Assembly (NCBI GenBank): GCA_965112735.1
Contig: OZ218961.1
Span: 1,674,001-1,738,000, forward strand
Reading direction: 5' to 3'
Source: Phaeosaccion multiseriatum
Lineage: Eukaryota; Protista; Ochrophyta, other classes
Length of the DNA stretch: 64,000 bases
The notes beneath the pieces were generated by a model. It saw nothing but the letters and a program-made list of their open reading frames with translations, made no database searches and was not told the origin of the DNA. Every line of letters begins with the position of its first letter. Position 1 is the first letter of the stretch. Positions 49,152 to 61,441 of this stretch are shown piece by piece. A program made the translations under genes and the position numbers.

Positions 49152-50813
49152 ATGGGACTCTCTAGGCTGGCTGCCGTGGCCCTCCCCGCCTTGGCTGTCT
49201 GCTGGACGCATGTTGATGCCTTCATGGCCCCGATACCAGCGAGGATGCGGCCTGCTGCTGCGCCGCGCGTCCTGTCTATGGTGTCTACCTCCGTGTCAAC
49301 CGGCGGCCGCCAGCAGCGCGCGACGCACTACGAGGCGATGGTAGACATGGAGAGGGATTTTTCGCAAAGGCTCTTAAAGGTGGAAGGCGCCTACGAGGCA
49401 AAGGTGCGGGACCTGAAGGCGCAGGTGGACACCATGGTTCCCATCCAGGTGCACAGCGATATCTGCGCTTCGTACGAGCAGCAGCTGCAGCAGGGCCTCG
49501 TTGAGGCGGCAGAGCTTCGGGCTGGCGCCTTGCTGCAAGTCCAGGATGAGCTTGAGATGGCCAGTGCGAGGATGATGCTGAGCATGCCGCCACGGCAGCC
49601 GCCCCAGCTGATGGAGGACGCCGAGGAGACGGAGGAGAAGGAGGTGGTGGTGTCTCACATGGAGCGGGAGGTGGCGGATCTTCAGGCGAAGGTCGGCAGG
49701 TACGAGGCCATCTTGGCGCAGTGCTCAGCGCAGATGGAAGTGCAGCAGGGGGAGTTTGATGCGCGTGTGACGGGGCTGCGGGCGGAAGTCAAGACGGCGA
49801 GGGGAATGCTTGCCGCCCAACTCGAGCAGCTCACGTCAGGGATGGGGGGTGATGAGCAAACCCATGAGGAGGTAAGGCGCCTCCGCGCGGAGATTGTGGC
49901 CAAGCAGGACTCCATCAACAATTTGAAGACGGAGCTCTCGCGCTCTACCCGCCAGCGCGAGGAGGCGCTTCAGCAGGCGCAGCAGGACCGGTCTGACACG
50001 AGGCGGAAGGTGAGGGAAGTCCTGGGCCGCATGCACGAGGAAATGGATGCCAAGGTGGAGGCTGCACAGGCCGAGGCGCGGCAATTGACCTTGCTCGTGC
50101 AGCAGCTCAGGGAGTCTTTTCAGCACTATGTGGGCCAGTCTGCGGCAGAGCGCGTTGCTCGGGACGACCTCTTCTCTATCCGCCTTGCGGCGCTGGTGGA
50201 GACGGTGGAGCACAGAGAGCTCATCATTGACATTCTCGTGGCGCAAGAGGAGAAGCTGCGATTGGCCCTCGTCGCTGCACAGAGCGATGTCGCCGAGGGA
50301 GAGAGGCTGAGGCAGGACATGCAGGAGCAGCTCGCGCACAAGGACAGAGTCATTGAGCAGTACCAGCTGGAGATGCGCCGGGTCCTCGTCGATGGCCACG
50401 AGCAGAAGCTCCGGGCACTTTCCGCGGCGGAGGCCCGTAACGCAGCTCTGTCTGCCGAGCTGGAGAGCACCAAGCTGGCGACCGCCGCCCTGAAGGACAA
50501 GGCCGTCAATCTCCTGGCAGCGGAGTACCAGGACAAGGTGCGCGCGGTGCAGGAGATGGAGGGCCTCTTGACGGCCCAGCTCAGGGAGGTGATGGGCACC
50601 ATTGTTGCTCTCAGCGACGAGGAGCGTGCCACCAAGGAGCAGCTGCAGATGCAGCGCGACGACAAAGAGAGCTTGAAGCACCAGCACCAGCAGGACATTT
50701 ACACGCTCAGGTCCAGAATCGCCATGTTGGAGAGTCAGGTCGCTTCTTCCCAGCAACAAGACCTTCCGGTGACAAACGAGCCGGAAAGCGTACGCACCTT
50801 CGCCTTAGTGTAG
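49152..50813 (+). CDS. Intronless coiled-coil protein with bipartite plastid-targeting presequence
   Basis: Hydrophobic signal peptide ending VDA|FMAP (ASAFAP-like), Arg/Ala/Pro-rich transit peptide, heptad-rich body. Confidence 0.75.
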   Translation: MGLSRLAAVALPALAVCWTHVDAFMAPIPARMRPAAAPRVLSMVSTSVSTGGRQQRATHYEAMVDMERDFSQRLLKVEGAYEAKVRDLKAQVDTMVPIQVHSDICASYEQQLQQGLVEAAELRAGALLQVQDELEMASARMMLSMPPRQPPQLMEDAEETEEKEVVVSHMEREVADLQAKVGRYEAILAQCSAQMEVQQGEFDARVTGLRAEVKTARGMLAAQLEQLTSGMGGDEQTHEEVRRLRAEIVAKQDSINNLKTELSRSTRQREEALQQAQQDRSDTRRKVREVLGRMHEEMDAKVEAAQAEARQLTLLVQQLRESFQHYVGQSAAERVARDDLFSIRLAALVETVEHRELIIDILVAQEEKLRLALVAAQSDVAEGERLRQDMQEQLAHKDRVIEQYQLEMRRVLVDGHEQKLRALSAAEARNAALSAELESTKLATAALKDKAVNLLAAEYQDKVRAVQEMEGLLTAQLREVMGTIVALSDEERATKEQLQMQRDDKESLKHQHQQDIYTLRSRIAMLESQVASSQQQDLPVTNEPESVRTFALV

Positions 50814-51081
50814 AAATGTTTCCTTGTACGCATAGGGTCTGATGGGAAGAATTGTAAAAAGGCATTGTTTTGTTTGATTGTTTAGTAGCTAAAAAAAAAG
50901 GAAAAAATGGGGAAAATATAATAATTACAGATTCCGTAACGTTCCCGCGGATGGCAGCAGACGACCCATCGTTGCCTTACGACCACCCAGGGGGTTGGCT
51001 GCCTCACAACCCCTTTGTATCTCGACGGCTACGCTCTTCCACGGTCCAGCAGCAGCATCAACAGAAGCCGAAAGGGGTGCA

Positions 51082-52030
51082 ATGGCAAAGGCGAGCTGCA
51101 CATTAACTGGGGAGGAGGGAGTGCGGGGCTTGCTCACGTTTGCCCAGGTATAGATGAGGGAACGGAGGGAGAGTGATTTGCTTTTGCTTGGGGGATATGC
51201 TGCCCCAAAGAGAGTGATAGCTGGATCGGTGGGCACAAAGTATCTCCCCTGGCTGCTGTTGATTAGTTCCACCCGTTTTTTTGTTTGCTGAAGCCATGCT
51301 CTTGCTCCGTTTTTCGTCTGCGGCAGGCTCAAGAAGATGCTCCAACAGTGATCTCGGGAGAGATTGAGGGCCTACGCCCAGGCCGCCATGGTATGCACGT
51401 GCACGTGTTCGGGGACTTTTCAGAGGGGTGAGTGAACGAGTGAGGGAGGAAGTGGGTGGATAGAGCCAGTGGGTAGAGCAACCATGGTGCTTACGGTTCA
51501 GCTGGCCGTCCACTCTTCCCTCCATCGTTTTTTATCCTATTTCTTCCTCAGACTGGTGAGCGCGGGTGGTATTTTCAACCCTTTTAGTAAGAACCATGGA
51601 GCACCTGACGATGAGGAGAGAATGGTTGGAGACCTGGGGAACATTGACGTGGACGAGGCAGCAGTCTGCAAGGTAAGAGAAGACAATACATAGGGCAACA
51701 CAAGTTCGGGGCAGCTCTCTCATCGTGCTGCTCGATGCACGCGGTTACCCTCCACAGATCAATATTGAGGACATTAAGGTGAAGCTCATCGGCCCACACT
51801 CCATCATCGGCCGGTCGATAGTGGTCAAGGCTGGAGAGGACGACTTGGGCCGGGTAAGACGATGGGAGGGGAAGGGGAGCAAGTCTTGGGCTGCTGATGC
51901 ATCGCTCTGCTAACACAGAAACTGCCGATCTTTGTTTCACTCGCAGGGCGGGCATGAGTTGTCTCTGACGACGGGAAACTCCGGGGCACGAGTGGCGGGC
52001 GGAGTAGTGGGTATTGCGGCATCAAAATGA
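51082..52030 (+). CDS. Cu/Zn superoxide dismutase-like protein with degenerate metal site (155 aa; exons 51082-51147, 51327-51427, 51552-51672, 51758-51853, 51947-52030)
   Basis: [57 protein letters not shown]. Confidence 0.9.
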
Positions 52031-52134
52031 TCCATGAGAGTGGGTATCCTCTAAACCCAAGCGGCAGCGGCGGGGTTAGCCGAATGGACAAGGGGAGAGG
52101 ATGGGTGGGTGGAAATCTATCTATCCTGTATTCA

Positions 52135-54255
52135 TCAAGTCTTCTGCTTGAGTGATGCCGGAGAAAACTGGGGCCTAGAGTCATCTCCTCCCTTGCCCCC
52201 TTTGGCGTCGTCGTCCTCAAAGCCGGTGGCAAGGACCGTCACGGAGACTTGATCGCCGCAGCGCTCGTCTATTAGGGCCCCGATGATGATGTTCGCGTCC
52301 TCGTCCACGTTTTCCTGCACAATCTGGTTGGAGGCATGAAGAGGAGGGGGTGGGTGGAGGGGGTGGGTGGGTGGGTATGGGGTTGCGACGCAAGGCAAGT
52401 GAGACGCAACAACGGAGAGACGACGCGAGTTGGCGGGCCATTGGGGTGGCCTGTTTCTGGCCAGCTCGAAGAAATAAACCCAAGGAAGGGGCGCCACAGA
52501 TAGATACACAGTACCATCTATCCTGGCTAATACGATATGAGAAGGAGCACAGCCGATCACGTTTCAAACCAATCCTAGGCCGTACCTTGGCTGCCTGGTC
52601 CACCTCCTGCAGGCTCAGGGTCGGCCCCCCTACTATGTTGAAGATGACGCCCTTGGCCGCTGTGATTGGGAAGTCCAGCAGGGGCGAGCAGATGGCCCCC
52701 ACCGCCGCGTCTATAGCTCGGCCCTTGCCCACCCCCGTGCCGATTCCGATGAGTGCCTTTCCCGAGTTGCGGATGACAGAGCAAACGTCTGCAAAGTCCA
52801 CGTTGATCATACCTGCAGGCAGAGAGGGCAAGAGAGCAGCGCAAATGCACGCGCGGCGAAGATGGGTTGGCCTGGCCAAGACTTGTCTAGCGGTGTCCCG
52901 CCCAACCATCCTCCGAGTTATGACCGTACTCGCAAGCCCGATGTACGATATCCGATACGTCGATCGTAACACTACAAATGCTCTGACCGAATATAATCCC
53001 CTCACCTGCCCTGAGCACAATCTCCGACGTGCCAATGACGCCCTGCCTGAGGATGTCGTCGGCCACGAGAAAGGAGTCCTCCACAGACATGTCGGAGGGG
53101 ATGATCTCCAGCAGGCGGTCGTTGGACACCACTAAGCACGCATCAGAGGTCTGCATTAACTGGTCCAAGCCGTGCTGCGCCTGCTTCTTGCGTTGGGGGC
53201 CCTTTCCCGATAAGGCAGAGCAGTGTTAAGAAAAAAGGACTCTTAGAGACAGAAGGAAGCTCGGGGGACAGACAACAGAGGTGGCCTCCAATACAACAAA
53301 CCACAAGTGAAGGGGGTTCACGATCTCATCTCGTACCTCGAAGGTGAATGGCCGGGTCACGACGGCGACTGTGAGGATGCCCATGTCCTTGGCAATCTCC
53401 GCCACGAGAGGGGCCGCACCGGTGCCCGTGCCCCCGCCCATGCCTGCTGTGATGAACACCATATCAGCCCCGCTCAGCAGGCTCTCGATAGTGTCCCTAC
53501 TCTCAAATGCAGCCGCCGCTCCGACCTCTGGCATCCCACCTACCGCGGACAAGCAGGAGCGGGGAGACAAGACAGGAGAGAGAGTGGAGGACGATTATTG
53601 CGGGGGTTCATACAAGCTTGAGCTGAGCAACGGCCCCTTCTTCTCACTCACCCGCACCCAGTCCCTTGGTCACTTCCTGTCCGAGCGCGAGTGTGGTCTC
53701 AACAAGCGAGGAGGACAGCGCCTGCACGTCTGTGTTCATGGCGATGAACTCGACTCCGTTTAGATTCTTGGTAGTTCGCTTCATCCCGTTCACACAGTTT
53801 CCTCCCGCCCCTCCCACACCAATGACCTGCGAGAGAATAAAATGTGCGTGAGTCGACTGTGCAGCACTGGAGAGGAGAAAGTGAAAAAGGCATACCTTGA
53901 TGGTAATCAGAGGACTTGATAGGTCGACTGCGTCTCCACCCGCCCCGTATGGCGTGCTTCCGAGCCTCTGTGCAGGCATCCTGGGCATCCTCCCCCCTCT
54001 CGCTACCCATCCGCGCCCCGCCGCGTCATGAAGAAAGGCCAGGCAGCTCGTCTGGGCCAGCACGAGCACACACACGAGTTTCGACAGCACCACGGCTGCG
54101 CCTGGAACATGGCGGACCACACGCCTTCTCTTGAATCCACAGGGGGGGAAAGGGAGAGAAGTAGAAAACACCTTCCTCCTCGATCTACAGGGGGGGAAAG
54201 GGAGAGAAGTAGAAACCACCTCCCTCCTCGTCTCCTCGTACCATTTCCTCATCAT
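52135..54255 (-). CDS. ftsZ: Plastid division protein FtsZ, multi-exon; start codon uncertain
   Basis: [48 protein letters not shown]; signal-like segment ending CLA|FLH. Confidence 0.93.
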
Positions 54256-54640
54256 CTTCTATTTCTTCATCCTTCCATTCTCTTTCGGCGCTAAACGAGA
54301 CCCTCCCACGCGTCCGCGCCCGCGTAGCTGCAGGGGTTTTCAGAAGCGTTGCTACCAGTGGTGCTAGTTCGAGGTATCTTTGCTGCCTCTCCTTCGTGGC
54401 CAGCTCCAATTTCCGGGGCGGACCAACGGCAAATGATCAAATGGTGGGTCGGGCTGCTTCGCGTGTTGGTTGTTTATTCTCGAAGGTGTGTGCAACAGAT
54501 CCCCGTTGTTCTCTTTACCTCTCTCTGGGGCTTCCCTCCTGTATGAAAAGCCTCTCTCTTCCTTCCTCTGTGAAAAGCCTCTTATCTTCCCTCGTTTGTA
54601 ATTGTGAAGCGTCTCTTCTGTTCCCTCTTCGGGTGTGACC

Positions 54641-56368
54641 ATGGCATCAGCCCTGGGTGGCGGAGAGTCTCCTTTTGGGATTCACGATGACCTGATGAAG
54701 GCCGAGGCTCCCTCGGATCCTGGATCGCTCGCCAACCTGATCCAAGAGCTGAAGGATCGGGGGAGAGGCTGTGTGGCGTCTAAGCAGTACCGAGCGGCGG
54801 AGATGCTCTACGGAAAGGGCCTTGAGATGAAGCCTGATGCCATTCTCTACAGCAATCGTGCTCTGGCTCGTCTCAGCCAAAACAAGCACGCAGAGGCCCT
54901 CGAAGACTCAAATGCAGCCATCAAGCTCGACAGCACGTATGCAAAAGCCTTTTACCGTAAGGTATGGGTAGGGCAGTGATGCTGCTGCACTGACATGAGT
55001 GCACTGTCTAACTGTTCACGCATTGCGGGGCCTCCCACCTACCCACGCGCAGGCCCAAGCTTGTTTAAAGCTCAAGCGCCCAGTGGAGGCTGTGAGGGCG
55101 GTGGAGGCAGGCATGGAGGTGGCACCTGCTAAGGAGCAGAAGGCGATGAAGGAGCTCCTGGACAAGGCGATTCAGGCTGCAGACCAGGCCGCCAGGAAGG
55201 GCAAAGCAGACACTCCGAGTCCCTCCAGCACGCCGTCCATGTCTCCGGTGCAAAAGTCGCCCAAGAAGGTCTCTTCTTCAGTATCAAAGAACGCTGCGGA
55301 AGGCGGGAAGGCGGAAGGTGGTGCTGCTGCTGACGACAGCGACAACGAGGACGAAGCGCCGCTGTCGGGGGTGAGGGGCTACAAGAAGAAGGACGACGGG
55401 CGCGTCACCACGTACTTTAACAATGACTTGACAGAGGAAGCAAAAGCGCTGATTGGAGGTACGTGACACGCAAGAATCAAATTGCAGGCGTTGTGTGTAG
55501 CCGCGGTGGCAGTGACGCTCTGCTCGCGCCCTCCCTCCCTCAGACATCGCCCCGAAGCGCATCGCTACCGAATCCCCTCCCCCCCCGCAGAGCGGTGTGG
55601 CAGTGCCCTCCAAGACCTCTGCTTGGAACAAAGCAGGCACTTGGGAGGAGAAAGGTGAGTATGAGAGTGAAGAGAGTAAGAGAGGAAGGCGTTCGTTCCT
55701 TGCCCCAGAGACCAGGAAGGCCAGCACCTGAACGCCCTCCTCGCTACTGCCCCCCTCCTCATCTCACGCAGACTGCACCAACCAGTGCATTGAGATGCTT
55801 CGGGAAAAGCTGACAGGGGTGTCGTGTGGGGTGCCGGACAGCACGAGCAGTGATAGTGGGCCCGTGGATATTGTGGTGTCCAAGGTTAGCAACATCAAGG
55901 TAGGTCGTGGGGGGGAGGGCAGTCAGCCAACTATTGAGGCACTCTCCGTTTCATAGATACGTCCTCCGTACTCCCACGATACTCCCACGCTTAAACTCTC
56001 TTTCCTTTCTCGGGCTCTCTCTCCCTTTCCTGCCCCCCCTTCCCCCCTCTGTACCTCTCTCCCTCTAGGGCGATGCTCAAATCACGCACAGTCGGGGAAA
56101 GCGGCGCTGCCTCTTTGACTTTTCGCTGGACGTGGAGTGGAAGGCAGAGCTGTCGTGCGGGACGATCGAGGGCAAGCTTCACTATCCTGATATATCCTAC
56201 GGCTGCGACGGCGAGTACGAGGCACAGCTCACCGCCAACGACAAGAATCCGGCGGCAGCGAGTTCGTTTGTGGGTGAAAACATCCGACGCTCAGAGGGGA
56301 AGCTACAAGCAGCCCTGGCCGCGGCGCTCGATCAGTTCACCGCAGACTTTGTTGCGCTGCCGTACTAA
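54641..56368 (+). CDS. TPR domain + Aha1 N-terminal domain Hsp90 co-chaperone, 5 exons
   Basis: TPR motifs (LYSNRALA, YAKAFYRKA); SAWNKAGTWEEKD; spliced KGDAQITHSRGKRRCLFDF..VEW. Confidence 0.8.
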
Positions 56369-56539
56369 GACAGGGTATGCGTGTTTATGAGTTTATGATG
56401 GCTCACATTCAATCAACACAGACACATCTAAAGTTGTTGCGTTTGAGTGGAGAGGAAGACCGGACCGGACCCCGAGAATCTCTTGTCGGGCCGTGTCACG
56501 ATGCAACCCAGCGACGGCCACCTCCCTCCCTTTCTAAGG

Positions 56540-59500
56540 CTACCGCTCCAGGCTGTTGACGAAGTGGCTCTCGTTGGCAAGGAAGGACGCAATGACGGCC
56601 CTGCCCTTCTCAAGCCGATCCAGCTCCTGCTTTACATCCACGCAGGCACGCACCGCGCCACCGCCAGCAGTCGCCGCCGCCGCCGCCGTCCCGAGATTGA
56701 AGCCCGATGGAACCTTCCAAGCCAAGTCCACTTTCAGCAAATCGTCGCTCACCGTGTGCAGAGACAAGTGCGGCACGTTTGCTGCTGCCAGAGCTTCAAT
56801 CTCGTACCTCACCTCCCCCAGAGAGGCCTCCCCAAGGGCCTTCCTCGCGGCCTCCACGCCTGTGTTGGCCATGCGTTGCTCCTGCCCCGCCTTGGGGCCC
56901 CTGCTGCTCGCCCACTTGCCCTGATGTCTGCCTGTGTGCGGCTTGCTGTTGTTGCCGTGCAGCAGCGCGGCCTTCTGGACCACCCTATCCACTCCCCGCT
57001 GCACCTGCAAGGCCAGTGGCACGTCCCCCCTGGACCCGCCGCCGTACAAGTAGTGCTGCTGCTGGTTCTGTTGCTGCGACGACGCGGCTGCTGAGCTGAG
57101 CCCGGTCTCCAGCAACAGCCGGAGCCTTCTTGCCTCGCCTTTCTCAAGCAACACGTCCGTTCTTGCCTTGGCGATAGCGAGGCGGTCTGCTTCCGAGCGG
57201 CGCTGACTCTGCTCCGCCTCCTGCACCTGCGTGGCGAGGTTCCTCTTGGCGGCAAGGGCCTCGCTCATGAGGCTCTGCCCCTCCTTGTGCACACGCTGAG
57301 CCTCCCTTGTGGCGTCTTGCCCCTGCCGCTTTTGCCGCTCCACCTCCTCTACGGTTTCCGCGAGTGCCAAGGCCTGTCGCTGCAGCCTCTCCCTCCCTTC
57401 TTCAATGTCCCTTCTCGCCTGCTCCAGCTCGGCCCGGCTGCGCTCTGCCTCTCGCAAGTCAGTCCTGGCCGTGGCGACTCTCCCCTCAAACACCTCGACA
57501 TCTCTCTGTAGGGCATCTCTAGCCCTCTGCAGGCGATCGCTCTCCTCCTGCAGCCTCTTGTCCCTCGCCTGCTCGCGCTGGACGGAGGCCTCTTGTGCGG
57601 CCTCGAAGGAGCTCTGGGCAAGGCTGAGGCGGGCCTGCTGCTCTTCGAGCTGAGTGAAGCAGAAGGGATCAAGTAGGTTAGAGGCGCAGCGAAGAGGGGC
57701 ACGATGCGAGCAGAGGAGAGAGAAGAGTGGGAAAGAGCTACTTCAGCGGACTGCCGCCTGCGCTTTCGCCTTGGTAGTGCAGCACACACGACATACTCGC
57801 TCGGCTGATCAAGCGGCTCCTTCTCGTCGTACACGCACCTGTGCCTTGCCCACGCCCAGCTCCTGCAGCGTCCTCGCCTTGTCCTGCTCGAGAGTGGCCC
57901 ACCTGTCCGCCAACCTCTTGCGCTCCAGCTCCAAGCCTTGGCGCATGCCCTCTCCTTCCCCCAGCAGCGAGGTCTGCAGGGCTTCTAGCCTCAGGTGTTC
58001 TTGTCTGAGCCGCTCCCTCTCATCCCCGTTCTGGCCCCTCAGGTTCCGCATGACCGTGTCCATAGTCGCCAGCACGCCTTGCAGCCGCTGCAGCTCGTTC
58101 TCTGCGGCGCCCTGTGTGGTGCGTGCGTGCTCTTCAAGCGTACCTACGAGCCTCTCTCTGGCCTCCATCTGGCTCGTCTGCGTCACCTCTACCGCCTCAC
58201 TCCGTGCCTGCATTTGCGTCTGCAGCAGTCTGAGCGCCCCCGCACTGCCCTGAATTTGCGTGGCGAGATCGCTGAGGACGTTAGCGTCTGCGGCTCTCCT
58301 CTTTGCGGTGCTGAGCTCTTCTAGGTGTACTCGCTTCACCGCAGCAATAGCTTCCTGGTGGGCCTCTTCCCGAATGGCTTGCTCAGACACATACTTCTCC
58401 TCAGCCTAAAGTGAGTGAAACGAAGAGGAAGACGGAGAGGTCGTGAGGGCGAGAGCGCAGAGCTTCACGACGAGACCCCATCGGCTGCATCGTATTCTAT
58501 GCGCCGCTCACTCACCTGCGCCAGCTGCTGCTGCAGCGTCTTGTGCTCTTGCAGCAGCTCCTCCCCGTGCCTGATCTCCAGCTGCGACTTCTCCTCTCGG
58601 AGGCGGCTGCAGCACTGAAAACGGGAAAAGGGGAAACGAGGGCACACAAACGGGGGCTCGGGGTTTATGTTTGCATCCAGACGAAGGCGCTTCATTCCAA
58701 TGTGCGTGGCCCAGTGGACCGGGTCCGCCCTCCTCACCCCTCTTCCCTCCTCGCTCACCTCCTCTAGCTCGGTGACTCGTCTGCGGGCTGCCTCGAGCTC
58801 CTTCTCCAGTGCCGCCGCCCTCTCCTCCTGCTTCCCCTCTTGCGTGCTCTGCAGCGCTGCAGTAAGGCTCAACACTTGCGCTGAGTATTCAGTTGCAGCG
58901 GCTGCTGCTGCTGCCGCCACGGTTGCGGCTTCTGCTCCACTGCTGTTGACGTCGTCTGTCAGGCCGGACGTGCCTGCCCCCCCCTGCCCCCCCTCCCCCT
59001 GACTCTTCAATGCCGAGCTCTTACGACGGGCGGTAGCGGAGTCCTTCTGCTTGGCACGCTTGCTCGTCGGTAGCAGAGCGCGCTTCCCCGAGGGGGTGGT
59101 GTCCTCCAAGGCCGGCGTGTGGGCCACAGAGAGCCCCAAGCTTCTTCGGGGTCTCCTCTCCACTGTGCTGGCGTCGCCCAGCGCCCCCTTGGCATCCCCT
59201 TCTACGACTGCGCTCCTCCTCCGGGTCACTGCATCTGCAGCGGGAAAGTAGCCCGCGCCCCCTCCTCCCTGCTCCTGCGGCTCGTCTGCTTCGTCCTCCT
59301 CGTCTAAGCCCAGCGCGGCATCTTGAGCCCTCTTTCCGAGAGCGTTGAGCCCGCCCGGCGCATCATCGTCCTCATCGGATGAGTCGAAGCCCAAGATGGC
59401 AGCCGCAGACGCTGACAAGCCAGCTGTGAGTCCTCCGACTGCGACAGTACTTGGCCTCCTCCCCGCACCTGGAGCAGGAGCAGCCGAGAGACCAAGACTC

Positions 59501-60846
59501 AGGGAGGACCGTCTCTCCTTCGTAACGGCCACGGTTCCGGCTGACGGTTCATAGCGAGGGGTCTCCTCCTCCTCCTCCACTTTGTGCACTTTGGTGTCCC
59601 GCTGGGGCGGCGCTTTGTTGTCGTCACTGTCGCTAAAGCCTGGAAGATCCAGCAGCTCGTCGCTTAGCTGCTCCTCTTCCGGCTTCTGCTGCTGCTGCTG
59701 CGGCGGCTCCTTCTTTTCTATGGAGGTATCTCCCGACACGTCCAGGGCGCTGCTCGGCCTGCTCCCCCCGAGAGGCCTCCTGCGCCCCGCAAATCCAGTG
59801 CCCATCCCAGCCGCAGGCTCATTACCCCCCCTGCTGCCCGACACCTCGTCCTGCTGCTGCTGCTGCTGTTGCTCCTGGTGCTCCGCCCCCCCCCGCGGGG
59901 ATGCAGGAGGCGTGGCTTTTGTAAAGACATTCTCAGGGTTCCTCCCCACCCCCAACCGCGGCGATCGAGAGGCTGAGGTGGACCTCTCCCTCGTGGGCCT
60001 CCGAGCTCGCGGGGGGCTGGGAGCCGTCACAATGACCGGGTCAGGCCGAGGAGGGCTGCGATGGCTGCTCCCGCCTACTGCGTCCTCCGTCATTCGCAGA
60101 ATATCGTCTGGGTCAAAGTCGGTGGGGCTAGTGACAGCGCTTCTACTTCTGCGTCTGCCTCTCTGAGGACCTGCTGGAATGCTGACAGCCTCCTCCTCCA
60201 GCTGCTGCTGCTGTTGCTGGGCAGTTGTCCTCCTTCCTTGTGGCTGCATAGAGGACACTGTTGCCTCTGTGGACAGCGTAGGCTCGGGACTCTGCCCTGC
60301 AATCACTGCAGTAGTCGTTTTCGGGAATGTGGCTCCTCCAAGCTTCTTTGCAAAGCCGAAGGAGTCGTCAGACGCAACGGATGCAGCGCCCTCGTCCCAC
60401 CCCCTTTGGTTCTTAGCGGCATCTCCCAAGGCCCCCGAGAACATGTAATCATCGTCATAAGCCTCCTTCTTGCTGCTGCTGTTGCCGCTCCCCTTTCCAC
60501 GACCATCTTCTTCCACACTTACAGACAAATCCTGACCGTTCGGCGAGCTGGAGTCTCCACCTCTTCTGCGGCTACTGCTCAACACGCTCGTGTCGCTTCC
60601 CTTTCTGCTCTTGACGCTTCGCTCTCCTTTCTCCTTTTCTCTCTCTTTTTTCTTCTTCTTCTTCTTTTTCTTCTTTTGACTGCTGCTCTTGCCGTCTCCT
60701 GCTCCTTTTCCCGTCGACTCGGCATCCCAGTCGTCTCCATCATCCTCCCCCTCCTCCCTCCCTCCCACCCGGAAGCTAATATCCTTCGGGGCTGATGGCT
60801 TACCTAGAGGGATCAGGCCCCCTGAAAGCGTGGACGGTTGTGCCAT
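56540..60846 (-). CDS. FBF1-like centriolar/transition-fibre coiled-coil protein, multi-exon
   Basis: Long disordered N-terminus plus coiled coil LSDLATQIQGSAGAL..ELQRLQGVLATMD..ERERLRQEHLRLEALQ reminiscent of FBF1; family call from memory. Confidence 0.6.
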
Positions 60847-61364
60847 TTAACCCGAGCCTCCATGCATCAGTAGCTGGGAAAGAAGGGAGAAGTGGAACGT
60901 CAGAGGTGATATCCAGTCAAGAAAGAGGGTGAAACATGCGGCGGGGAAATCCCTGAGTCAGGAGCTTCTACTAGGGGAAGGAGAGGGGGATTATACATAG
61001 GAAGGAGAGGGGGCGGGCGGGATACGGGAAATGATAAAACGGGCGTATCACCAACTGGTCAACTTCTCTCATTTTTTTTTCCATTCCCTCCTTTCCCCTT
61101 CCCCAATTGGGCCGTTCTTATTAACCTTCCACACTCACACTCGCGCACACACACTTCCAGTTTCATTTTATAAGGTCTTTCCGTCTTTCCTATCTTCAAT
61201 ACTGTGTGAATAGAGAAAGGGAAAGGAAGGGGAAGAGAAGATCAAGGAAGGGCATCACACGGGGGGCAAAGAGGGAGTGAGGAAGACAGCATAATCCAGG
61301 AACAAGTGGATCACACGGGCGGAAAATAGGGTGAGAGTGAGGGAGTTCCCTCCCTATCTCTCTC

Positions 61365-61398
<34 letters not shown>

Positions 61399-61441
61399 CC
61401 TCTCTCTCTGTCGCCGGGGGGTGAGGAGAGGACCAATCGGG

